Positions 45,137 to 53,607 of a stretch of 60,059 bases of DNA are shown here, piece after piece. Positions within the stretch are counted from its first letter, which is position 1, and the number at the start of each line of letters is the position of its first letter. The DNA comes from Candidatus Omnitrophota bacterium. GTDB lineage: Bacteria; Omnitrophota; Gorgyraeia; Gygaellales; Profunditerraquicolaceae. A model generated the notes under the pieces. That model was not told the DNA's origin. It saw only the letters and a program-made list of their open reading frames with translations, and made no database searches. The position numbers were made by a program, and so were the translations under genes. The stretch is from the NCBI GenBank assembly GCA_050012075.1, contig JBEKHW010000005.1, positions 1 through 60,059 of the forward strand. Direction: 5' to 3'.

Positions 45137-47882
45137 TATTCTGTGCTCCTTCTCTTGCCTTACGAATTAAATCCTCCCCCGCTGTAGCATCATCCGGTGT
45201 AGCGCAGCCAAAATGCAATTTTATTGGAATAGTGGCCTTTTTGCTTTTCAGGTAACTATAAAGCACTTTCTTTAATCTTTCCTCTACGACATGACAGCCT
45301 TCTTTATTACATTCAGGCAAAATTACTGCGATCTCGCTTGTACCCTCTACCACAATATCGTCTTCACGGCGTACGGTATTCTTAAGAACGCCGCACATCT
45401 CTTTTAAGATTAAACCCAGTTCTTCCTTGGGCATTTGCTTCTTTGCTTCCTTAAAATCAGCCAGAGACACAAAAACCAAAGACATCTTGGAGCCTTTTTT
45501 CGCCGCTAGCTTTATGCCTTTATTGATATATTCTTTAAATAAACTTTCTGCATCATGCCTGAGTAAGGTAAGAGTAAATTTTGTGCCTTTTCCTAACTGG
45601 CTTTCTACTCGGATATCACCTTCATGCATATCGACCAGGCCTTTGACAATAGAAAGCCCAAGACCAGTCCCTTTTTCGCCTGGCCCAATAACTCGGCTAA
45701 ATTGCTGAAACTTGTCAAATACTTTTGGCAGGCTATCTTGCGAAATACCAATTCCGGTATCGGAAACCGCGCATTCAATCTTATCTTCCAGTTTCTTAGC
45801 GGAAATTTTAATGGAACCTTTTTCGGTGAATTTTATAGCGTTATTGACAAGATTTGTAAAAATCTGTACTATTTTATCCGAATCAGCATAAATTTCAATT
45901 TTTGACGCAGAGAAATCAGTCTCTAGTTTAAGATTTTTCTCTTTTGCCTGCCTTTCAAATCCGGAAATAACCTGTTTTATAATTGCCACAATGTCCAATA
46001 ATTTTATCTTCATCTCTGTCTTCCCTGCTTCTATCTTGGAGACATCCAATAATTCATTGATGATGTTGGCAAGCCGATCAATACTACTTTTGGCGGTATT
46101 CAGAATACGAGATTGTTTTTCATTAATCTCACCCGGAATTCTATCCAAAACAAGGCTTAAGGCCTCCTTCGTTATGGAAAGCGGTGTACGTAATTCATGG
46201 GAAACTATGGAAACAAAATCAGATTTTATCTGGTTAAGTCTCTTTAGCACCTCGTTTTCGCGCAGAGCTTCTTCCGCTTTCTTGCGCTCGGTGATATCCC
46301 AGAAGAAGCCCAAGACCCCTCTAACATTGCCTTTTTTGTCTAGAATAGGGGCTTTAATGGTATTAACAAACACCTCTTGAGTGCTTTTAAGAAAATCATT
46401 CGTCACTAAGAACGACTCTTCTATATTCTCGGTCTTCCCCGACTCCATAACTCTCTTATCGTCAGCCCTGTATTTCTCAGCCAGATGTGTTGGAAAAAAA
46501 TCATAGTCTGACTTTCCTACAATTTCTTCCGGCTTGATCTTCAGATCTTTTGCGTAGTTTTCATTACAGGATATGTAAACTGAATTTCTATCTTTTAAAA
46601 ATACCTTTCCGGGAAGATTTTCAACAAGCACCTTAAGTTGGCGCTCCCTCGCCTGTAATAATTCATTCTCCAGCCGTCTGTGTTCGGTGATATCGTGATA
46701 TACGCTTAAAAACATGTCGCTCCCTTTATAGCTCATCAGGGAAGTAGCCACCAGCAATATCTTCTCTGTCCCGTCTTTTGTCCTAATTACAGTCTCTGCC
46801 TCATGGTAACCGGTAACCTTAACCTCATCCAGGGCTGCTAGTGCCTCCTTGCGCGCTTCCGGCTCCGGGTAAATAAGGGCGCTAAAATCGCTGCTTGCAG
46901 CCACCTCGCCAAAGGTATATCCTGTCATCTCCTGCATCTTGGGGCTGAATATCTCAAAACGGCCATTTTTATCGCTTAAGGTTATGCCGTCGCCCACGCT
47001 TGCGATAATCTTCTGCAGCTGCCAGGAGGTCTCTAACACATCTGATTCCGCCTTCTTGCGTTCGGTGATGTCACGGATGTTACATTGGATAACTTTTGCC
47101 TTGTTAACTAAAAAAACCTCTGAATTTATACTCAGGCCTTTTTTGGTTTTTACCGGAGTGTCTTCGTAATGAATTACACCATCTTTTTCCAATCTTGACA
47201 CCATCCCTTGAAAGTCCTTATCATCTTTAACCACGCCGATTTCCCATAATTTCTTTTTCAAAAACTCCTCCGGGGAATAATCCAGTAATTCCCGGGCAGA
47301 TTCATTAGAATTAAGAATATCAGCTTCGGTTTTATGAACAAGCAATAATCCATCCCGCGATGTTTCAAAGGCCCTGCGATAACGCTCCTCAGACGCCTTC
47401 AATTCTTCTTGTAAACGCTTAGGCTCGGTGATATCTTCAATAGCCAGTAGGATTAGCTCTTCTTCTTCTTCTTCTTCTTGTTGTTGTTGTTGTTGTTTGC
47501 TTACCCCTGCCGCTATTATTACTGCTATTTGCTTAGGGACGCGCAACTGAAGGGCATTCAGACACATGACTCGCTGTCCAATTTGCTCAAATTTATGCTC
47601 GACTTCATAATCTTTCACAACTTTCTTTTCTGGTATAATTTCTTTTAATAGTTGAAGCAGCTTAGGAATATTCCATTGCCTATTACCTAAATCAGGGAGT
47701 AGCCGGCCTATTGCATCTTTTTCTGTAACCTTAAAGGTGGTATAGAAAACTCGGTTGGCAGAAATGACTTGTAAGTTCTTATCTAAAACCAAAAATGGCT
47801 CCCTTAGTGTAGCAATGATACTATTGGCATACCCTAAGAGCACTTTGCTCTCTGTTTCACCCCTCTGCTTTTTATCTTCCAT
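45108..47882 (-). CDS. cytoplasmic multi-PAS histidine kinase with a C-terminal degenerate GGDEF-like domain
   Basis: No TM helix and three or more PAS modules. H-box SHELRTPLS and HATPase motifs (NLVNNAIKFT, DTGIGI, GLGLSI). The C-terminal ~150 aa have GGDEF topology, but the active site reads EGTSEI. Confidence 0.88.
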   Translation of the reverse strand: MEDKKQRGETESKVLLGYANSIIATLREPFLVLDKNLQVISANRVFYTTFKVTEKDAIGRLLPDLGNRQWNIPKLLQLLKEIIPEKKVVKDYEVEHKFEQIGQRVMCLNALQLRVPKQIAVIIAAGVSKQQQQQQEEEEEEELILLAIEDITEPKRLQEELKASEERYRRAFETSRDGLLLVHKTEADILNSNESARELLDYSPEEFLKKKLWEIGVVKDDKDFQGMVSRLEKDGVIHYEDTPVKTKKGLSINSEVFLVNKAKVIQCNIRDITERKKAESDVLETSWQLQKIIASVGDGITLSDKNGRFEIFSPKMQEMTGYTFGEVAASSDFSALIYPEPEARKEALAALDEVKVTGYHEAETVIRTKDGTEKILLVATSLMSYKGSDMFLSVYHDITEHRRLENELLQARERQLKVLVENLPGKVFLKDRNSVYISCNENYAKDLKIKPEEIVGKSDYDFFPTHLAEKYRADDKRVMESGKTENIEESFLVTNDFLKSTQEVFVNTIKAPILDKKGNVRGVLGFFWDITERKKAEEALRENEVLKRLNQIKSDFVSIVSHELRTPLSITKEALSLVLDRIPGEINEKQSRILNTAKSSIDRLANIINELLDVSKIEAGKTEMKIKLLDIVAIIKQVISGFERQAKEKNLKLETDFSASKIEIYADSDKIVQIFTNLVNNAIKFTEKGSIKISAKKLEDKIECAVSDTGIGISQDSLPKVFDKFQQFSRVIGPGEKGTGLGLSIVKGLVDMHEGDIRVESQLGKGTKFTLTLLRHDAESLFKEYINKGIKLAAKKGSKMSLVFVSLADFKEAKKQMPKEELGLILKEMCGVLKNTVRREDDIVVEGTSEIAVILPECNKEGCHVVEERLKKVLYSYLKSKKATIPIKLHFGCATPDDATAGEDLIRKAREGAQNNEEKENSFY

Positions 47883-47896
47883 TTTTTAAGCCCTCT

Positions 47897-47946
47897 TTAA
47901 AAACAAAAACCCAAGGTCTGCTAAATTATGCAGAATCCTTGGGTTT
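47897..47946 (-). terminator. rho-independent terminator between the AlpA-like gene and the kinase operon
   Basis: AAACCCAAGG...CCTTGGGTTT stem followed on the minus strand by TTTTGTTTTT. Confidence 0.65.
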
Positions 47947-48157
47947 AATCTAAAAAAATTGCTGAAGCAGTTATTCCTGCTTGATTGCTTGCTTATATGA
48001 GTCATCTTCATCCCATATTGAAGATATCCCTATTTTAGAATAGCAGTATATCATATATTATTATCATAGGCAAAATATATTACGGTGTCCATTACTAAGG
48101 GTATCTCGTCTTGAACGCCAAGAAATACGGCGCGGTAGAAAAAATCTCTGTATATAG

Positions 48158-48355
48158 TTATATTGGAATCTTAAATGAACTTCTACCCCTTCTCAACCTT
48201 TTCCTTAACCAATCGTCTATTTCTCTTTCCTTAAATCTAACCCCATTAGGAAGTTTATAATGTGGTATAAATCCACAATGCGTCCACTCGTAAAGCGTGC
48301 TCCGGCTTATTTGGATTAACTCACTCAATTGATCAACAGTTAGTAGCTTTTCCAC
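48158..48355 (-). CDS. AlpA/excisionase-type helix-turn-helix protein
   Basis: 65 aa. LTVDQLSELIQISRSTLYEWTHCGFIPHYKLPNGVRFKEREIDDWL is the HTH_17 pattern. Confidence 0.8.
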   Translation of the reverse strand: MEKLLTVDQLSELIQISRSTLYEWTHCGFIPHYKLPNGVRFKEREIDDWLRKRLRRGRSSFKIPI

Positions 48356-48418
48356 AGGGTTGGATTACCTCAATCTCCGCCTTTTAGGTAATTTTCCCGA
48401 CATAAACCTCTCATCCCA

Positions 48419-48503
48419 GGTATACACTTAGTATACAGTTTCTACAGAAATATACACGTTTTGTACACTATCAGAAGAAAATCTAGGCAACCAAAAGTAT
48501 ACA
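48419..48503. repeat. five dispersed (G/A)TATACA(C) repeats (iteron or arm-site-like)
   Basis: GTATACAC 48420, GTATACAG 48431, ATATACAC 48450, TGTACAC 48462, GTATACA 48497. They lie between the AlpA-like gene and tRNA-Ser(CGA). Confidence 0.6.
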
Positions 48504-48591
48504 AAAACAAAACGCAACCTACTGATTTACCAATAAGTTGCGTCATAACTTCTTCACTTCTATAAAATTGCGTCTACCGCCTTAAAATGTA

Positions 48592-48679
48592 TGGCGGAAG
48601 GAGCAGGATTCGAACCTGCGAGGCATTGCTGCCTGGACGCTTTCGAGGCGTCTGGAATCGACCACTCTCCCATCCTTCC
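48592..48679 (-). tRNA. tRNA-Ser(CGA)
   Basis: Reverse complement GGAAGGATGGGAGAGTGGTCGATTCCA-GACGC-CTCGAAA-GCGTC, long variable arm, GCAGGTTCGAATCCTGC, TCCTTCCGCCA. Confidence 0.9.
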
Positions 48680-48687
48680 TTACATAA

Positions 48688-48778
48688 GCCGCATTTTGAG
48701 CATAAACAAGCGCCGATAGGCGCATACGGCGAAATCCCGTGAAACGGGAAAACCGCTCTGCCAACTCTCCAGAAATTT
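48688..48778 (-). repeat. tRNA-Ser-5'-half-like element, copy A (91 nt, immediately upstream of tRNA-Ser(CGA))
   Basis: Minus-strand reading: GGAGAGTTGGCAGAGCGGTTT, hairpin TCCCG-TTTCA-CGGGA, core TTTCGCCGTATGCGCCTATCGGCGCTTGTTTATGCTCAAAATGCGGC. Confidence 0.8.
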
Positions 48779-48800
48779 CTAGTGGCGTAATTTACTTATG

Positions 48801-49076
48801 CTACCTGGTCAAAAAGAAAAATATCGTTCCGGTCAATATGCAGAGGACACCGATGAGGTTCTTAACATTAAAAAACAAATCATGCAAAGTCAAAATATTA
48901 GATTCTATCTTCGGAAAGATCCTGATCTTAATCCCGCCTATATCCTTATTAATCTTGTCCTCTACCTTAGCGTAGTTCCTATGAAGAATAATCAATACTC
49001 CCATCAGGATAATAATGGGGCTGCCGATGTGCATGAAATCTTTCATAATCGCATATAATGATACTCCGTCTTCCAT
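48801..49076 (-). CDS. small membrane hypothetical protein
   Basis: 91 aa with two TM helices and a GGAGG RBS. Confidence 0.5.
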   Translation of the reverse strand: MEDGVSLYAIMKDFMHIGSPIIILMGVLIILHRNYAKVEDKINKDIGGIKIRIFPKIESNILTLHDLFFNVKNLIGVLCILTGTIFFFLTR

Positions 49077-49232
49077 TTTAGCCTCCTTTCCCTCTTTTGG
49101 CCTTACGCAACACTCTTCGACTGGCGTCCGTGCTTCGCTCTTTAGTAGACTCGCAATAGCTTTGATGAGCTACGCAGGACTTTCCCACAGTTCTTCGAAG
49201 CTCAAACGTGAAAACATTTGAGCGAAGAAGAA

Positions 49233-49319
49233 CGGTGGGGGTGAGATTTGAACTCACGGAGGACTTACGCCCTCACCTGTTTTCAAGACAGGCCCATTCG
49301 ACCACTCTGGCACCCCACC
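49233..49319 (-). tRNA. tRNA-Ser(UGA)
   Basis: Reverse complement GGTGGGGTGCCAGAGTGGTCGAATGGG-CCTGT-CTTGAAA-ACAGG, long variable arm, GTGAGTTCAAATCTCAC, CCCCACCG. CCA is not encoded. Confidence 0.88.
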
Positions 49320-49385
49320 AGTTTTTCCCGCTAAGCAAGCTTTAGCGCCTGCGGGACTCCCTCGCTGTCGCTCGGTCGCAATACT

Positions 49386-49470
49386 GCCGCTTTTTGAGCA
49401 CCAACAAGCGCCGATAGGCGCATATAGCGAAATCCCACGACAGTGGGACAACCACTCAGCCACCCCACCC
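49386..49470 (-). repeat. tRNA-Ser-5'-half-like element, copy B (85 nt, upstream of tRNA-Ser(UGA))
   Basis: Minus-strand reading: GGTGGGGTGGCTGAGTGGTTG (the head resembles the neighbouring tRNA-Ser(UGA) 5' end), hairpin TCCCAC-TGTC-GTGGGA, core TTTCGCTATATGCGCCTATCGGCGCTTGTTGGTGCTCAAAAAGCGGC. Confidence 0.8.
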
Positions 49471-49481
49471 AACCCGACAAT

Positions 49482-50177
49482 CTATCTTAAAAATAACTGC
49501 TTAAAAACAGCGTAAAATATGCTGCCGGCTGTTTCAAAAGAGCTCCTGCCGAAGCTGACAAAAGAAAAAGCTTTAAAAACCATACTTAGGCCCGCCGCCA
49601 TAATGAAGATATTAACCAGGTAGATAAAAGAAGCCCCGAATATGTAATTTGCCTTCAGGAAATCCTCCTTTTTAGAACGTATGGTCCTGGCGGAGAATAC
49701 AAGGTGCAGGGCAATACTAAAGCCAAAAAGAAACAGCGAAAGATGCAGGAGCCAATCCTCTTTTATCGCAAGCGAAGCAAACGCATAAGCAATGAATAAC
49801 ACAATCGTGTAAACAGGTATGAGATAGGGTGCGACCTTAACCAGCGGCTTAAAGAAACTAAATAACACCTCAAGGAGCTTGTGGCCCTTATTGTATATTA
49901 CAGCGGGCTCCCAGACGAATAAATATATCATAACCAGCGATATGACGCCGCCCCAGAAATAATTCTGTACCGGCGGTAAAACAATCGAGAATTCACGCAG
50001 GAAAGACGTAGTGGAAGAATAAACCAGGGGTAGGAGGCAAACTCCGAGGATAAACTTGATAATGCCGAATACCTTCTGCGAAAAGGCATTTACCTTACGG
50101 GAAAAGCCGCCAGCTTTCTGTTCGGGGGCGCCGGCTGTTTTAGGATTAGCTGTTTTAGGGAATTCTTTCTTTTCCAT
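49482..50177 (-). CDS. polytopic membrane hypothetical protein
   Basis: 231 aa with about six TM helices and no motif I can name. Confidence 0.55.
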   Translation of the reverse strand: MEKKEFPKTANPKTAGAPEQKAGGFSRKVNAFSQKVFGIIKFILGVCLLPLVYSSTTSFLREFSIVLPPVQNYFWGGVISLVMIYLFVWEPAVIYNKGHKLLEVLFSFFKPLVKVAPYLIPVYTIVLFIAYAFASLAIKEDWLLHLSLFLFGFSIALHLVFSARTIRSKKEDFLKANYIFGASFIYLVNIFIMAAGLSMVFKAFSFVSFGRSSFETAGSIFYAVFKQLFLR

Positions 50178-50282
50178 TAAATGAGCGCATAACTTACGGA
50201 GTCCGGAAGGACGACGTAAGTTATTTGCGCGAATTTATCCCGAGTCCGCCACAATCCTTAGCGAACGAGGGATATTGGGTTC

Positions 50283-51560
50283 CTAATTTATCCTCTCTTG
50301 ACCACCTAAATACGGCCTTAAAACTTCCGGTATAATTATTGAGCCGTCTTTTTGCTGGTAATTCTCTAAGATCGCCACTACCGTGCGCGCAAGGGCAATA
50401 CCTGAGCCGTTAAGCGTGTGCACATATTCTGTCTTCTGTTTTCTGTCTTCTGTTTTCTGTCTATACTTTATATTTGCCCGGCGCGCCTGAAAACTTTCGA
50501 AATTGCTGCAGCTTGAAACTTCAAGCCATTTGTCTATCCCCGATGCATATGCCTCCAGGTCATAACATTTGCTTGCCGCGAAACTTAAATCCTGCGTGGA
50601 GAGCATCACGACGCGGTAAGAAAGCCCTAATAGCTGCAAAACTTCTTCTGCGTCACCAACCAGTTTTTCCAGTTCGTCATATGAAGTTTCCGGCTTAACA
50701 AATTTTACCATTTCCACCTTATCAAACTGGTGCACGCGGATAAGGCCTTTGGTATCTTTTCCATAAGAACCTGCCTCCCTGCGGAAACAGGCGGTATAAG
50801 CAGTATAATAAATAGGTAATTTTTCTTCCTCGATAACTTCATCCCTGAAAATATTGGTCACCGGGACTTCTGCCGTAGGAATCAAGAATAAATCATCGTC
50901 TTTTAAGCGGTACATATCTTCTTCTAATTTCGGCAGCTGCCCCGTGCCTGTCATTGAATCGCGGTTAACCAGAAACGGCGGAAACACCTCGGTGTAGCCG
51001 TGCTTCTGGGTATGAAGGTCCAGCATAAAATTAATCAATGCCCGCTCTAATTTAGCGCCCCATCCCTTATAGAGTATCCAGTTTGAGCCGGTGATTTTGG
51101 CGGCCCTGCCGAAATCAATTATATCCAGGTTCTGCGCAAGGTCTATGTGCGTTAAAGGCTTATAATCAAATTTTGGCAGCTCTCCCCATGAACGGACTAT
51201 TTTATTAGAAGAAGCATCGCCCCGAGGAATCGAAGGATGCGGGATATTGGGGATAGTTAAAACCAGCTTATCCAGGCCGGACTGGATTTCTTTTAATTCT
51301 TTTTCCAGGCCGTCTATGCGCTGAGAGGCCTCTTTCATTGAGAGGATTTTCGGCTTAGCGTCCTTCTTCTCTTTTAAGAGGAGGCTAACCTCATCATTTA
51401 TTTTATTCCTCTTTGCCCGTAAATCTTCCAATTCCGCCAGGATTTTGCGGCGGGAATCATCGGATTTGATTAAATCGCCTAAATCTGTTTTCAGGTTGCG
51501 GTCTTTTAGCGATTGCTTCACCAGATCCTGATTTTCGCGGATGAATTTTAGGTCTAACAT
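50283..51560 (-). CDS. serS: seryl-tRNA synthetase
   Basis: Start set at MLDLKFIRENQ (Met20 of the listed ORF). N-terminal coiled coil and class II motifs, including HTLNGSGIALARTVVAILENYQ. Confidence 0.93.
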   Translation of the reverse strand: MLDLKFIRENQDLVKQSLKDRNLKTDLGDLIKSDDSRRKILAELEDLRAKRNKINDEVSLLLKEKKDAKPKILSMKEASQRIDGLEKELKEIQSGLDKLVLTIPNIPHPSIPRGDASSNKIVRSWGELPKFDYKPLTHIDLAQNLDIIDFGRAAKITGSNWILYKGWGAKLERALINFMLDLHTQKHGYTEVFPPFLVNRDSMTGTGQLPKLEEDMYRLKDDDLFLIPTAEVPVTNIFRDEVIEEEKLPIYYTAYTACFRREAGSYGKDTKGLIRVHQFDKVEMVKFVKPETSYDELEKLVGDAEEVLQLLGLSYRVVMLSTQDLSFAASKCYDLEAYASGIDKWLEVSSCSNFESFQARRANIKYRQKTEDRKQKTEYVHTLNGSGIALARTVVAILENYQQKDGSIIIPEVLRPYLGGQERIN

Positions 51561-51580
51561 AATAACCTTTCGGGCCCCCT

Positions 51581-53047
51581 TTAGCCCTTTATTACTCCCA
51601 ATGGCCGCATGCGGCATATACGCTTTGCGATACCTGCGTTATGCACTACATTTACAACGTCGTTGACATCTTTATACGCCTGCGGCGCCTCTTCTACTAT
51701 CGTTGCCTTTCCTGAGGCCTTTACTATTATACCCTTAGATTCCAATTCTTTCAACAATGCGTTTAAGTTTGTGGACTTGGCCGAGGCAGTGCGTGACTTC
51801 ACGCGGCCTGCGCCGTGGCAGGTAGTGCCAAAGGTTTCTTCCATGGCTTTCTGGGTACCTGCCAATAAATAAGAGTTTCTTCCCATATCCCCCGGTATAA
51901 TCACCGGCTGGCCCGTCTCTTTGTATCTATCAGGAAGAGCCGGATGCCCGGGGCCAAAGGCACGGGTTGCGCCTTTACGGTGAACGCATAATTTCTTTTC
52001 TTTCCCGGAAACAAGATGTTTTTCTATCTTGGCGATATTATGTGCCACGTCATAGATAAGGAACATGCCAAGCTTCTGCCATGATACCCCGAAGACTTTC
52101 TCAAAGCTTTTACGGGTAAGGTGCATAAGGCACTGCCGGTTATTCCAGGCGTAATTAGCGGCGCAGCGCATTGCGGCCAGATACGCCTTTCCTTCGGGTG
52201 AATTAACCGGAGCGCAGGAAAGCTGCCTGTCAGGGACATTAATATTATATTTCTGCAGGCAGTGAATCATATTTCTTGTGTAATCATCACAGACCTGATA
52301 ACCGAGGCCGCGTGAACCGGAATGAATCATCACTGTAATCTGTCCCATATCTAATCCAAAGGCATCGCAAAGTTTACTGTCATAAAGCTGCTCAATGACC
52401 TGGATTTCCAGGAAATGATTCCCCGAGCCAAGGGTCCCTGATTGCGCTCTTCCCCGCTCGTACGCCCTATCCGACACGGCATCCGGGTCTGCGCCGGCAA
52501 TTGCCCCGTTTTCTTCAGTGCATTCCAGGTCATCCTGGGTGCCGTATCCTTTCCCTACTGCCCAGCCTGACCCTTTCAGTAAAATCTCTTTTTCCTCTTT
52601 GGAAGTTACCCGTATTTCGCCCTTAGAGCCCAATCCCGCGGGAACATCGTTAAAAAGGGCAAAAACCAGCTTCTCAAGTTTATCCTTTACTTCTTCAATA
52701 CGTAAATCCGTGCGCAGCATCCGCACCCCGCAATTTATGTCGAAACCCACACCTCCGGGAGAAACAACTCCACCTTCTTCAATATCGGTCGCTGCCACTC
52801 CTCCAATAGGAAAACCGTATCCCCAGTGTATATCCGGCATTGCAAGCGAGGCGTTGACTATGCCGGGCAAAAACGCGACATTGGCCACTTGCTCAAGGGC
52901 TTTATCCTGATATATATCCTTTAATAATTTCTCGTCGGCATAGATCAACCCCGGCACGCGCATACCGGCTTTATATGATTTGGGGATGCGCCAGCGGTAA
53001 TCATCGATTTTTTCTAGCTTTACCTGTGTGGCCTCATTAGACATCAA
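51581..53047 (-). CDS. rtcB: RNA 3'-phosphate/5'-OH ligase RtcB
   Basis: 488 aa. DIHWGYGFPIGG, GGVGFDINCG, SGSRGLG and HGAGR are the RtcB metal- and GMP-histidine motifs. Confidence 0.93.
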   Translation of the reverse strand: MMSNEATQVKLEKIDDYRWRIPKSYKAGMRVPGLIYADEKLLKDIYQDKALEQVANVAFLPGIVNASLAMPDIHWGYGFPIGGVAATDIEEGGVVSPGGVGFDINCGVRMLRTDLRIEEVKDKLEKLVFALFNDVPAGLGSKGEIRVTSKEEKEILLKGSGWAVGKGYGTQDDLECTEENGAIAGADPDAVSDRAYERGRAQSGTLGSGNHFLEIQVIEQLYDSKLCDAFGLDMGQITVMIHSGSRGLGYQVCDDYTRNMIHCLQKYNINVPDRQLSCAPVNSPEGKAYLAAMRCAANYAWNNRQCLMHLTRKSFEKVFGVSWQKLGMFLIYDVAHNIAKIEKHLVSGKEKKLCVHRKGATRAFGPGHPALPDRYKETGQPVIIPGDMGRNSYLLAGTQKAMEETFGTTCHGAGRVKSRTASAKSTNLNALLKELESKGIIVKASGKATIVEEAPQAYKDVNDVVNVVHNAGIAKRICRMRPLGVIKG

Positions 53048-53453
53048 AAATCACCTCTGCCTGCCAACCGTGGTCAGTCTTTACTACTTTCAGCATATGA
53101 TAAGTTGCAGCCTTTATCTCGCGGTTTACTTTATAATTTTTCATATCGCTCCCCACTGCCACCGCTTCTACCGAATTCTCGCTAATAGCGCTAACGTGTA
53201 TCTTCTCAAAAATCAATCCTTCTGTGGCAGATAAAGACAGAAGCTCATTGAGCCAGTTGACAAAAAGCTCTTCTATATCATTTGCTCTTTGGTTAACTGT
53301 TATTTCATGTTTTTCGTTGGATACTGCGGAAAGTTTTTCTGCGGATAGCTGAAACAGGGCAAGGCCGGACTTTTCGAAGAGCTCTTTAAGAGTTGCGCCC
53401 TCGACCCTTATGCCGATATCTGCGGTGTGCTCTATGACCTCGTATGTTTTCAA
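53037..53453 (-). CDS. archease (RtcB activator)
   Basis: 138 aa. The N-terminus EHTADIGIRVEGATLKELFE is the archease signature. Overlaps the rtcB start by 11 nt. Confidence 0.85.
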   Translation of the reverse strand: MKTYEVIEHTADIGIRVEGATLKELFEKSGLALFQLSAEKLSAVSNEKHEITVNQRANDIEELFVNWLNELLSLSATEGLIFEKIHVSAISENSVEAVAVGSDMKNYKVNREIKAATYHMLKVVKTDHGWQAEVIFDV

Positions 53454-53607
53454 TTATAACTGTTCCCCTATCGGAAAGGAACTTAATGCACTCCGCTTGC
53501 CGTTCTGTTTAACGCTTAATTCACCCGCTATTTCCTATCGGTGAATTACACCGCGAAGCGGTGCTGCTTGAGTGCACTTAAAATTTCTCTTGACGGAAAA
53601 TTTTAAG

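Noticed and set aside
51561-51617. 19-codon upstream extension of serS
   Set aside because: It overlaps the rtcB 3' end. MLDLKFIRENQ is the canonical SerRS start.
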